DNA of 63,984 nt, from positions 1 through 63,984 of the IMG/VR virus record IMGVR_UViG_3300007609_000018; one strand, 5' to 3'. Both the position numbers and the translations under genes were made by a program. The DNA comes from a virus. Lineage: Duplodnaviria > Caudoviricetes. The notes beneath the pieces are model-generated. The model was not told where the DNA came from and made no database searches. It saw only the letters and a program-made list of their open reading frames with translations. Shown here piece after piece: positions 29,916-39,268 of this stretch (positions are counted from its first letter, which is position 1; every line of letters begins with the position of its first letter).

Positions 29916-29923
29916 CAAATATA
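29916..29923 (-). promoter_or_regulatory. Bacteroidetes -7 element TATATTTG
   Basis: TAnnTTTG upstream of the scaffold/capsid genes. Confidence 0.55.
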
Positions 29924-29933
29924 TAATTTTTTT

Positions 29934-32156
29934 TTATTTTGTTTCGTGTTCAGCCTTTATTTTAGCTAATTCTCTTTCCTTTTCTATTTCAATTTTGGCT
30001 AACTGCTCTTCCTTTTTAACTTCTACGTCAGCTTCAAATTGTATTGTATCACGTTCTTCTTGTTTTGTGATTTGTGCTAATTGTTGCTGTTGTTCGCCTT
30101 GCACTCTTGAATTTTCTTCTGCTTTTTTCTGGTCTGCTTTCAGTTTTCTTTTAATTCTGTAAGACAATGTAGCTTCTGCAAGTTTTATATAGTTTTGGTC
30201 TATTAAATCGATTATATGCAGGTAATCATCCATTCCTATACCGCCCATTCCACCTTGCTCTGACTTAGTAAGTGCTTGTGTAGCTGCTTGTTTTATCAAT
30301 TCCCTTTGCTCTGAACTTGCTTTTTGTTCTAATCTAAGGTTGAATTTACCATTGTTTACTTCGTTGCCTATTTCAAATGTTTTTGCAATGCTTTGTCCGA
30401 ACTCTGGATAGGTATATTTTAATTTGCCTTGCTTTGCTTTAATTTGAATTTTTGAAAGTATATCTAAACACGTTTTTTCCTTTAAATAAGAATAACCGCT
30501 TACCATTGGGTGTATAGCGTTTTTAGTTCCCTCTACTGCTATTTTACCTACACCAACTAATGCTCTTTCGCCTGGATTACTTGCATCCATAAAATCATTA
30601 ATCCCTGTTACGTCTTTTATAAGTTCTATGTTTCTTGCTATGTCTGAAACTAACTCTACAAACTCATTTCCTAATCCACCTTCATCTGGTATCATTGGTG
30701 GCATTGCATTTCCATTATCATCTATTGAGGATTCTTTGCTGACTATTTTCCAACCTGTTTGTGTGGCTATTTCTAATAGTTCTTGAACTTTCATTTTTTT
30801 ACCATCTATTGTTACATTTTCAAATGCTTCTTGATAAACAGTAAACCCTTTCGGCATTGCTCTTGCCTTTGCGTTTTGTATTTTTAACCACGATAGCTGT
30901 ATTGCATCAGCAAATGGTAACATTCTCTCTAAATGACTTGTGTTTGATACCCTATAAAATTTTATAGGTAGCATACATTCTCGGGCATTATCACTATACC
31001 TTGAAATGTCTTTCATTTTTCCATAATTGTATATCCAATCACTTCCAACAATCCAACTACTTGCATAGACTGTTTTTACATCTGTTGAATATACTTCGTA
31101 GTTTTTCCTTTTACCCTCTTTCTTTTCAAACTTTTCTGGGTATATGTACTCGTTTCCGTATGCTTTTTTCTTTTTACTTTTCTTTTTATCTAATGAATAC
31201 CAAAATAGGTCTAATACTAATACCTTGCAATTATCAAATGTATCGTAATCATAAATATCGTCTGTATTTATGTATCGTGAGTTAAATAGTGATGAGTTGT
31301 ATTTTTTTGTTCTGTGTTGCTCAAATATTTCCTTGTATTGGTCGTCTGTAAAGTACCCACCGCACTCTTGTTTTAACTGCTGTATGGTTATCATTCTGTA
31401 TTCGCCTATCCTTTCTATTCCGTCTGGCTTATGACCTCTAAAACTGTCTATTAAAACGTTTACAGGATCAACGTAAGATATTCCTATTCTTTTGCCGTTT
31501 GATGTGTGAACCTTACAAGCCATTACGCCATTATCAAAAGCATCTTCTCTCATTAGTTTAGATACTTCGGACCACTCGTTTTCGTACAATACACCGTTTA
31601 TACCAACTCTTGCTGATATTTCTTGCTTTAACTCAAACTTCATATTCATAAAAAGTTCAAGTTCTTCTATTGTTTCTGGTAAATCTTCTTCGTTAATTTC
31701 TTCTCCTGCGTTCATTTTTAAACGCATTTTATCTATAAATGGCTTTAATAACTTAGTTGCCCAAATTTCCCACTTAACACTTTCTCTTTCTGCGGAAGCT
31801 GATGGATCAATGTCTGTTACTTTTATATTGTAATCCACCTTTTCCATAAACGATAAAACAATATCTCGGTACTTTGGTATTATCTTAACAATGCTATGGT
31901 CTAAATCCATAAAAGAAACTGTTTTTCCAGATTCCTCTAGTTTTGACAACCATTTTTTATACTTATCGGTTTCTTGATTTCCTTCAGCATATTTTCTGTT
32001 TTCTATCCAATCGTTTATTCTTGAGTAAATATTATTATGTCCTGTACCGTTTCTAAACGAATGATGTGCTGCTTTACAATATTTTAAACACCACTTATCG
32101 TCTTTTCTCTTTGGATCAATTAGGTGTGATGGAAATGGATGTACTTCGCTACTCAT
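29934..32156 (-). CDS. portal protein (crAss-like)
   Basis: RKYAEG.Q...YK, IIPKYRDIV, YVDPVN, DVTGIND motifs; follows terminase. Confidence 0.85.
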   Translation of the reverse strand: MSSEVHPFPSHLIDPKRKDDKWCLKYCKAAHHSFRNGTGHNNIYSRINDWIENRKYAEGNQETDKYKKWLSKLEESGKTVSFMDLDHSIVKIIPKYRDIVLSFMEKVDYNIKVTDIDPSASAERESVKWEIWATKLLKPFIDKMRLKMNAGEEINEEDLPETIEELELFMNMKFELKQEISARVGINGVLYENEWSEVSKLMREDAFDNGVMACKVHTSNGKRIGISYVDPVNVLIDSFRGHKPDGIERIGEYRMITIQQLKQECGGYFTDDQYKEIFEQHRTKKYNSSLFNSRYINTDDIYDYDTFDNCKVLVLDLFWYSLDKKKSKKKKAYGNEYIYPEKFEKKEGKRKNYEVYSTDVKTVYASSWIVGSDWIYNYGKMKDISRYSDNARECMLPIKFYRVSNTSHLERMLPFADAIQLSWLKIQNAKARAMPKGFTVYQEAFENVTIDGKKMKVQELLEIATQTGWKIVSKESSIDDNGNAMPPMIPDEGGLGNEFVELVSDIARNIELIKDVTGINDFMDASNPGERALVGVGKIAVEGTKNAIHPMVSGYSYLKEKTCLDILSKIQIKAKQGKLKYTYPEFGQSIAKTFEIGNEVNNGKFNLRLEQKASSEQRELIKQAATQALTKSEQGGMGGIGMDDYLHIIDLIDQNYIKLAEATLSYRIKRKLKADQKKAEENSRVQGEQQQQLAQITKQEERDTIQFEADVEVKKEEQLAKIEIEKERELAKIKAEHETK

Positions 32157-32160
32157 GGTT

Positions 32161-32168
32161 CAAAGATA
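32161..32168 (-). promoter_or_regulatory. Bacteroidetes -7 element TATCTTTG
   Basis: TAnnTTTG just upstream of the portal ATG. Confidence 0.45.
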
Positions 32169-32171
32169 TAA

Positions 32172-34394
32172 TTATTTTGGTTTATAAAAACTTGACATAC
32201 CTTTTGACTCCGTTTTTATCTTTTTCATTGGTAGTCCTTTTGCTACTAATGCTTTTGAACCGGAAACAAAAAAATCGTATGGTGAAAAATCATCTGGGTC
32301 CAAAGATAGTGCATCTTCTAAAAATCTAGGAAATGGACATCTAAACCCTCTTGTTTCAATATATGTGTCTGTTGATGCTACCATTCTTTCTATTTTAGCG
32401 GTTCCTGTCGTGCTTTCCCCTGGCGTTGCTCTTTGTTTTTGTTTTACCTTTCCTTTATAAGATTTATATTCTCTCTCAAACATTAAATACTTTTCATATC
32501 CTCTTTTTATAAAGTGTTCCCAAATTATTGGTACGTTAATCTCTGGGTACATTTTACAAGATAAATAAATACAGGCTTTTAACATATCTTCTGCGTACAT
32601 CTCTGGAGTTGCAGGTCTTTTCCCATATTCTAATACAAAGTTGTCTGTAATCCATTCTTCTTCGTGCTTTCCTAAATCTACATGAGGGTCGTAATATGCC
32701 CATATATGGCCCGTACCCATTGATTTTTTATTTGTTGCTACTTTTCTGTATCTGAATGGATCTGCTCCACCAACAAACTTGTCTGTGTTTACAGGATGTT
32801 TTTTACCACCATCTACTGTGTGTTTGTTTGATTCGGATTGTGGCATTATTTCCGTCAATCCTTTCATTAGCCACCCTCCGTTGTTTGTTGGCCTCCATAT
32901 TACTTTTGTATCTTCTTTATCGTCTAGCCAAACAAAATCACCTCTAACTAAATCTCTTTCTTCATCCCATACAAAGTAGTCAAGTCTTTTTTGAATTATA
33001 TCTGTATTAAATGGACAGTCTTTTGACATTGACCTAAAGGCCTCTTTTACTGTAAACGGATATTTCCTTATTTCGTTTTGCCTATCTTCTGGGTCCGTTA
33101 TGGATTCTCTAATTTCTGTTAATATTTGCTTTCCACCTTTTTCCCAATTTTTCAATTTTAATTCATCTGCATCTATTTCTTTTGATTCTACCATTTTTTC
33201 AATGGCTTTTCTTCTATATTCTCTTTGGTACTCTAATGGTTCATCTACTATTGGAATACCATATTGGTCGAATATGAAATTTGAATATGCAGGTTCAAAA
33301 AGTCTTATTAATCCACTTTGAGTTCTTCCTAGTGCTTTTATTTTATCTCTACCGCTTTGTTCCCATATTTTTTTGAATTGCGCACCGCCTTTTGCTTCTA
33401 ACTCTTCTACTGTTGTGGTTATTAGTGCTTTTCCAAAGACATAGTCATCTTTTAATAGCGTTGGTTTTACTTTATCCCATGTTTCATATACGTCTGATTT
33501 TTCAGTTTTTCCTGCCTCATCCATTCCGTATTTATATAGCTTTGCGCCATCATAAGCTGTTTCTGTGCTTGATCGATAATCTAAAAAACTATAAAGTTCG
33601 TCTGGCTCATCGTCTAAATCTATGTTTCTTCCAGAAGTTGTTGGGTTCCTAAATTCTAAAATGCTTTTAGGATTAGATGAGTTTGCAAATGTTGGCGAAA
33701 ACCAAAAGGGTAGTTTTTTCCATGCAGGTATTATTGCTTTATTCCAAACTGCTTGAGCATCTAAATCTGTTTTAGACTGCATTCCAGATAATACATTTTT
33801 CTTTCTTGTTGTTCCCTCTAAAAGTATGTTTCCTAAACGATATGTTTTCCCCACCCTTCTTCTTGTAAAGTTCACTCCTCCAAATACACTATTTTTTTTA
33901 CATACTTCATATTCCCACCACAACCAAAAGTCATTATCTGTCATTCTAAAATTAGGACTTCCAATATCTAATGTGTAATAGTTTAGATAGTACCATGCTA
34001 TTCCTGGAATATGAATTGGTTTTCCATAAATGTACTGCCAAACACCATGTATTCTTTTATGCCATTGTTCTTCTATCCATGCACCAATTTCTCTATCTTT
34101 TTTGGCTAACTCTATCTGAATGTTTCTTAATGGATTTTCTTTTTGTTCTTTTTTATTTTGCTTTAAGAAGTCTTTTTTTGCTTGTTCGTATAGCTTTGGT
34201 AATTTGGGGTGCTGTTCTTCTTTTACAAAGTATTGATTTTCTTTTTTTAAACCAAAGTTTTGAATATCCTCTGGCTTTGGATGGTCTGGAAGTTTTATAT
34301 TGTAAGGTAATACCCCATCTATATCTTCAGATATTGTATGTATCGGATTGAAATCTTGGTAATCTAGTATTTTACTATTTATTATGATGCCCAT
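32172..34394 (-). CDS. terL: terminase large subunit
   Basis: RRRVGKT Walker A, YGMDEAGK Walker B, GGADPF RNase H-like nuclease motif. Confidence 0.9.
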   Translation of the reverse strand: MGIIINSKILDYQDFNPIHTISEDIDGVLPYNIKLPDHPKPEDIQNFGLKKENQYFVKEEQHPKLPKLYEQAKKDFLKQNKKEQKENPLRNIQIELAKKDREIGAWIEEQWHKRIHGVWQYIYGKPIHIPGIAWYYLNYYTLDIGSPNFRMTDNDFWLWWEYEVCKKNSVFGGVNFTRRRVGKTYRLGNILLEGTTRKKNVLSGMQSKTDLDAQAVWNKAIIPAWKKLPFWFSPTFANSSNPKSILEFRNPTTSGRNIDLDDEPDELYSFLDYRSSTETAYDGAKLYKYGMDEAGKTEKSDVYETWDKVKPTLLKDDYVFGKALITTTVEELEAKGGAQFKKIWEQSGRDKIKALGRTQSGLIRLFEPAYSNFIFDQYGIPIVDEPLEYQREYRRKAIEKMVESKEIDADELKLKNWEKGGKQILTEIRESITDPEDRQNEIRKYPFTVKEAFRSMSKDCPFNTDIIQKRLDYFVWDEERDLVRGDFVWLDDKEDTKVIWRPTNNGGWLMKGLTEIMPQSESNKHTVDGGKKHPVNTDKFVGGADPFRYRKVATNKKSMGTGHIWAYYDPHVDLGKHEEEWITDNFVLEYGKRPATPEMYAEDMLKACIYLSCKMYPEINVPIIWEHFIKRGYEKYLMFEREYKSYKGKVKQKQRATPGESTTGTAKIERMVASTDTYIETRGFRCPFPRFLEDALSLDPDDFSPYDFFVSGSKALVAKGLPMKKIKTESKGMSSFYKPK

Positions 34395-35023
34395 TGTTCT
34401 GGTGTTACCTTGTATGTGTGTTTCTCTTCAACATCAAAGCTACCAACAAAATTTTGCAAATTAATATCTTTTTGAAATAATCCTTCTGCAAGGTCGTCTA
34501 TTGACTTACGAACTTCGGCTAATTTATTCATTACTTTTATCTTTTTATCTGATAGACTTAAAGCATCTTCTTTATCATCTTCTTTATTGTTTAGTGATTC
34601 TAATATTTGACTGTGCGATTCGATCATAAAACACATTGTCATAAAATCTAAACTATCTTGCATTTTTAACCATCTCAAAATTAAGTGGTTTACTATCTTG
34701 TTTTGGCCTGCTATTATTTCCATTACTTGCTCTGTAAACATTCCACTTTTATTTGGCTTATATCCTGCTAAATTCATAGCTTGTTTCTTTCTTTCGATTA
34801 TATCTACCAATTCCTTTTTTACTAATGGACTTTTTTTATCATAACACAATACAATAAATCTAATAATCTTATTTGCTGATATGCCTTTTGGCAGCTTGTG
34901 CAATATCCCAATAAATATGTTTTTTAAGTCTTTAAACTCTTCTACGTTTGTTATATCACGACCTACTTGTACGCTCATAACATTAAACTTCATTTCTCTA
35001 AATTCTGTTGGGTTGTAGTTCAT
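34382..35023 (-). CDS. putative terminase small subunit
   Basis: helical 213-aa ORF overlapping the terL start; YDKKSPL motif. Confidence 0.45.
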   Translation of the reverse strand: MNYNPTEFREMKFNVMSVQVGRDITNVEEFKDLKNIFIGILHKLPKGISANKIIRFIVLCYDKKSPLVKKELVDIIERKKQAMNLAGYKPNKSGMFTEQVMEIIAGQNKIVNHLILRWLKMQDSLDFMTMCFMIESHSQILESLNNKEDDKEDALSLSDKKIKVMNKLAEVRKSIDDLAEGLFQKDINLQNFVGSFDVEEKHTYKVTPEQWAS

Positions 35024-35040
35024 TTTAGTATTATTTTTGA

Positions 35041-35067
35041 TATTAACTATATTCGGTAGTTACCTAT
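35041..35067 (+). other. attI-like cassette boundary site
   Basis: TTAACTATATTCGGTA-GTTACCT; GTTACCT 35059-35065 is complementary to AGGTAAC 35982-35988. Confidence 0.55.
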
Positions 35068-35087
35068 AATAATTTTTAAAAACTGCC

Positions 35088-35921
35088 CTAACTCAAACTC
35101 TGAAAAAAATGCTTAACAACTGTCACAGTCCATCCATTTCCTAAAAGGTTCTTTCTTATATTCTCACTATACCCTTTTGTATAGTCTTTTGGAATACCTT
35201 GCAATAACTCCCAATAACTACTGTTTGCCATATAAAATTCATTGTTTTTTTGGTAAAATATACTTGCAGATGTCGTTTGTCTATTTCCTGTTGATGTTAA
35301 TGTTGGTGCATTTTTCAATTCACTTAAATTATAAGGGTTAAAGAAGTTGGGTAATTTTTTAAACATAGATGTTTTTCTTTTAACAAAAGGAACAGGGTTT
35401 ACTTTATTAAATAATTCACTACTGAACTTAATTGGAATATTCTTTTTTTCATAATCTGTAAACGGTATATTAGTCCAGTAATACCTTGGTCTATTTTGCC
35501 CGGTAAAATACTTAGAGTTTATTTTTATTGGCTCAACACCTAATTTCTCGTTAATAATATTTAGCCATTCTTTTTTCATAGAAACATTTTCTAAAAAAAA
35601 ATATTTAGGTTTTAAAAATTCTTTTGCCTTTACAAACTCAAAAAACAACTTACTTCTTTTGTCGTAAAAATTTAATTGTTTACCAATACTACTAAACCCT
35701 TGACAGGGACTTCCACCTATTAATAAATCAATTTTTGGTAATTTATTTAATTTAGCAGAACAAACATCCCCCATTTGTTTGGTGCTTGGGTAATTTCTCA
35801 AAGTTACTTCTATCGCTTTTTTATCTATTTCATAAGCAAAATAATTATCTATTTTTATATTTAATTTGTCTAAAGCAATTTGCCCACAACTGATTCCATC
35901 AAAATAGCTTACTACATTCAT
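35088..35921 (-). CDS. DNA (cytosine-5)-methyltransferase
   Basis: SYFDGI, GGSPCQGFS, LENV, QNRPRYYW, LGNGW motifs. Confidence 0.92.
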   Translation of the reverse strand: MNVVSYFDGISCGQIALDKLNIKIDNYFAYEIDKKAIEVTLRNYPSTKQMGDVCSAKLNKLPKIDLLIGGSPCQGFSSIGKQLNFYDKRSKLFFEFVKAKEFLKPKYFFLENVSMKKEWLNIINEKLGVEPIKINSKYFTGQNRPRYYWTNIPFTDYEKKNIPIKFSSELFNKVNPVPFVKRKTSMFKKLPNFFNPYNLSELKNAPTLTSTGNRQTTSASIFYQKNNEFYMANSSYWELLQGIPKDYTKGYSENIRKNLLGNGWTVTVVKHFFQSLS

Positions 35922-35979
35922 TTTATTTATGTTTTATTTGCCCTCGTACATCACGCAGGGCGGTTTTAAAAAATTACAG

Positions 35980-36078
35980 ACAGGTAACAATGTATATAAA
36001 AAATAGCTACTTTCAGTTGTCAAGTAATCCTTAACAACTGCTCTTTTATATCGCTACTTTACATACACAATAAAGTTT
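35980..36078 (+). repeat. attC-like imperfect inverted repeat #2
   Basis: GGTAAC-aat-GTATATAAAAAATAGC ... GCTACTTTACATACAC-aataaa-GTT. Confidence 0.7.
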
Positions 36079-36147
36079 AAAAACACAGAGGCAATTCAAC
36101 AACCTAAACCAAACTTTAAAAAAACATGACGAAAAACCGCCCCTGTG

Positions 36148-36428
36148 TTACTCTTTTACTGCATATCCCCACTTCCTAACTTTCTTAATAGCGTTCTTTA
36201 AATTCAACGCCTGGAAATATAAACAGTTTTTTCTACATTTACCCTATGTGATACACTACCATTAAACTTCGCTAAAGTGTCTTTTAAATCAATTTCTAAC
36301 ACCTTTTGTGTAGAACCTTGATACTTCCAACCCTTTAATCCTTTTCTTAGCCTTAAAGATGCAAATTTAACTTGCTTTCGCTGTTCAGCTTTCTTTACTA
36401 TCTCATCTTTTTGGTGGTTTTCAAACAT
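36148..36428 (-). pseudogene. hypothetical protein, apparently frameshifted at an A6 run (~36227-36232)
   Basis: annotated ORF ends at 36204; one added A gives ...VEKNCLYFQALNLKNAIKKVRKWGYAVKE, ending at 36148. Confidence 0.4.
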
Positions 36429-36434
36429 AATATT

Positions 36435-37070
36435 TTATTTAACAGATAACAACCTATCAATTCCTATTGCAAACCCTACTCCTCCATCATACTCTCCTCC
36501 TCCACAAATCTGTTTTGAACTTCCTAATTTATCATAAACAATTTCAAAACCTTTACCATCTTTATAGTAGTCCAACCCCCTACTTACGTTTCTATTTACT
36601 TTAAAACCCTCTATTCCAAAATATTTAATCAAATCTATTGAAATAGAAATTAAATATTCCAAAAGATCGCTTTTTGGATTTATTACTTCAACACCTAATT
36701 GTGTAAATTGCCTATATCTTCCGGCTTGTGGCCTTTCCCCTCTAAAACATTCTTGAACATAAAATAAATTAACATCTTTTTCATACTTAAATTGAGTTTT
36801 TGATAATTTCTGAATAACAGATGTATATTCTGGTGCAAGACAAATATTTCTATTTCCTCTATCAGTAAAGTTAAACATTAAATTATTATTTTCTACACCC
36901 ACTTTATCTTCAAATATATCTTGCATTTGAATAATTGGTATTGATATTTCTTGAAACCCATGGCTTGTTAAATATGTAGCCATATCAGAAATTACACTTC
37001 TTTTCTCATTTCCTAAAAGTATTCTTGTTCCTTTGTAAGTTGTCTTTTTAATCTCTAACATATTTCTCAA
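36435..37070 (-). CDS. stand-alone histidyl-tRNA synthetase catalytic core (no anticodon-binding or insertion domain)
   Basis: KGTR, GFQEISIPI (motif 1), LAPEYT, FRGERPQAGRYRQFTQLGVE (motif 2), RGLDYY, GGGEYD, GFAIGIDRL (motif 3); only 211 aa. Confidence 0.88.
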   Translation of the reverse strand: MRNMLEIKKTTYKGTRILLGNEKRSVISDMATYLTSHGFQEISIPIIQMQDIFEDKVGVENNNLMFNFTDRGNRNICLAPEYTSVIQKLSKTQFKYEKDVNLFYVQECFRGERPQAGRYRQFTQLGVEVINPKSDLLEYLISISIDLIKYFGIEGFKVNRNVSRGLDYYKDGKGFEIVYDKLGSSKQICGGGEYDGGVGFAIGIDRLLSVK

Positions 37071-37482
37071 TTTCAGCTTGAATTTTCCTATTCATTTCAA
37101 TATCTGAATCGTGAAAACCTATTAATGCATCACGACTTCCTAATAACCTTACTTCATCTCTACGTAAAAGTTCATATAAATAGCTTATAAAGTCTTTGTC
37201 ATTACCCTTTATTTTAGCATTTGTAAAGTTTCTAATTCTTTTTTGAACATCAACACTATCATTAATAACAACAGACAAATTGCCTACATATTCAAACTTT
37301 TCAATAGGTTCTTCTGACGAATCTACTTTAGGTATAAACTTATAAGCTGCAATTAGAAACTCTAAGGCCTCGTTTTCATTTTTAGCAAATTTTTTATCTA
37401 CAAAACAAAATCTTTTCGTAACTAAATCATTAAACCTGTAACCCTCTTTTTCTAAACTATCAAACTGCCATACTGTTATCAT
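37048..37482 (-). CDS. hypothetical protein
   Basis: 144-aa ORF in operon. Confidence 0.6.
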   Translation of the reverse strand: MITVWQFDSLEKEGYRFNDLVTKRFCFVDKKFAKNENEALEFLIAAYKFIPKVDSSEEPIEKFEYVGNLSVVINDSVDVQKRIRNFTNAKIKGNDKDFISYLYELLRRDEVRLLGSRDALIGFHDSDIEMNRKIQAEIEKYVRD

Positions 37483-37484
37483 AA

Positions 37485-37700
37485 TTACTTAAAATTTTTG
37501 TTATAACTTTCTTCAGTAATTAACCATTGCTTTGATTTATTATTCGGATCACTCGCTATTACATCGCCTAACTTTGGTGAACCACTAATAAAATCACTTT
37601 CACTTATCTTTACTGTTACTCCTTCTGTAATAATACTTCCCTTTGTGTTAAAGTGAATTATATCCTTTTCAGTTACTTTTCTTATTTCTGGAATTACCAT
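37485..37700 (-). CDS. hypothetical phage protein
   Basis: GSPKLGDVIASDPNN..QWLI..SY..NF motif, 71 aa. Confidence 0.6.
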   Translation of the reverse strand: MVIPEIRKVTEKDIIHFNTKGSIITEGVTVKISESDFISGSPKLGDVIASDPNNKSKQWLITEESYNKNFK

Positions 37701-37702
37701 TT

Positions 37703-37894
37703 CTACAATTCTATTTTTATACTAACAACAATATGTGTGCTTGGCCATTCACTATCCTCACGTTCAATATGAACTTCACAATCATCAATCAATAAATCAT
37801 TTTCTTCCTCGAAATCTTTTATCAATCTTTCAATTTGGTTAGAAAGTTTTATTCTTTTTTTTCTTATTTCTTCTATTGTCTTAGACATACTCAA
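37703..37894 (-). CDS. hypothetical protein
   Basis: 63-aa ORF in operon. Confidence 0.55.
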   Translation of the reverse strand: MSMSKTIEEIRKKRIKLSNQIERLIKDFEEENDLLIDDCEVHIEREDSEWPSTHIVVSIKIEL

Positions 37895-38441
37895 TTACCC
37901 CCACTATGTTATTCCTATTTACTCTAAAAACATCTGTATCACCCATTATCTCACTATGAGCAAATGGTACATCACAATCTACTTCCGTTGCTATATGCTG
38001 CCCTTTCTCAAACCCATATCCATCATACAAAACTTTAAACTGATTTTTCTTATACCCTGGCTTTAACTCTAACTCTGAAACTCTCTTCTCTTCTATCTTC
38101 TCACACAAAACATAATCATTTATAAACACCGTTTTTCCTTCTCGTTTAACAAAAAACAATGATTCTTTATGCAAGATCGCTTTACGCTTTCTATCTTCCC
38201 CAACAGAATATTTATAATCAATTATCCTATTCTCTTCCTTGGCCCGAATAGTCGCTAAATAATGAAAATAAACTTCATCCCCCTCTAATACTTCCGGATT
38301 ACCACTCTCTAAACAAATCCCCTTAATTGGCGCATACTTACATGGCTCATAACTCGTAGCAATGTAAATCCCAGAATCAGTTTTCATCTCATTCTCCGTA
38401 TCTACAAACTCAACCAATATGTTCTCGTGTAATAATTGCAT
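37881..38441 (-). CDS. GroES-like co-chaperonin with tandem domains
   Basis: LHENILVE...KTDSGIYI...GDEVYF, then a second NDYVLCEKI...NIVGVI repeat. Confidence 0.65.
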   Translation of the reverse strand: MQLLHENILVEFVDTENEMKTDSGIYIATSYEPCKYAPIKGICLESGNPEVLEGDEVYFHYLATIRAKEENRIIDYKYSVGEDRKRKAILHKESLFFVKREGKTVFINDYVLCEKIEEKRVSELELKPGYKKNQFKVLYDGYGFEKGQHIATEVDCDVPFAHSEIMGDTDVFRVNRNNIVGVIEYV

Positions 38442-38560
38442 AAAGCCTTAAATTAAAAAAACCTTGCCAGATGTAGGAATTAAAAAATCTATTGTGGAAG
38501 TAGTTTTTTTGCTCTGACAAGGTTCAATATGTTTTCTATCTTCCATCATAATTCCTCACA

Positions 38561-38590
38561 CAAACATAAAACCTTTTTTTCAATTTCCAA
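38561..38590 (-). promoter_or_regulatory. leftward Bacteroidetes-type promoter (-33 TTG / -7 TATGTTTG)
   Basis: minus strand reads TTGGAAATTGAAAAAAAGGTTTTATGTTTG, upstream of the GroES-like gene. Confidence 0.55.
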
Positions 38591-39240
38591 CTATTTTTTT
38601 AAAATTATTTTTTTTCACTCATATATATTCACACGCACACACGCTCTTAGTTATATATCTCTATTCTAATTACTACTTACTTAGTATAATACAAAAAATA
38701 CTAAGTATAATTAGGAAAAAAGAAAAAGAAAAAATATATTAAAAAAGAAAAAGAAAAAAGACAACCAAATTCCCACAGTTAAAATCACATTATTCCCACT
38801 TTAAAAAAATAACTTCTAAGCAATTAAAACCACTTCCCCCTATCTATCACACCAACTACTCAATAAAACCCCTCAAATCAAATAAAAAACACTAAAACAC
38901 CCATTTTTTGAAACTCAACAATAACAATACTTTAGGCAACTTCCCCCACCGTATGAACACCAACTTTTTATCCCACCAATCAAACAAACATTTATATCAC
39001 TCAAATTAACCACTAATCAAACCCAATAACAAACACTCTTAACCGTATACACTTTTTCTGCGCATAGGTGCTGTGAGTGAGTGATAGGTATATATAGGGG
39101 GGAGGGTGTCAAGGAATGGAAACGGGATCCTAAAACCCACCCCCACCGAAAACAGAACCAAATAACGAAACGCAAAGCCAACAATGCCAAAGGTCCAGAC
39201 TAACCAATGAACACAGACAAACCAATATTTTTAGAAACCT

Positions 39241-39268
39241 ATTTAACATAATATAAATTATCTACCAT
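39241..39268 (-). other. dif-like XerCD recombination site
   Basis: minus strand ATGGTAGATAA-TTTATA-TTATGTTAAAT; perfect XerD arm, 6-bp spacer, XerC-like arm ending ATAA. Confidence 0.75.

Noticed and set aside
4674-34351. Many plus-strand ORFs of 60-184 aa opposite the structural genes
   Set aside because: They are antisense shadows of long minus-strand genes, rich in Phe/Ser/Leu and without motifs.
36082-36149. AACACAGAGGC...GCCCCTGTGTT inverted repeat
   Set aside because: It lacks the spacer/TAT arm pattern and a matching core partner; probably an RNA hairpin, so not counted as a cassette site.
36435-37070. HisZ (ATP phosphoribosyltransferase regulatory subunit) call
   Set aside because: It is too short, keeps the HisRS RPQAGRYRQF and RGLDYY catalytic motifs, and has no hisG nearby.
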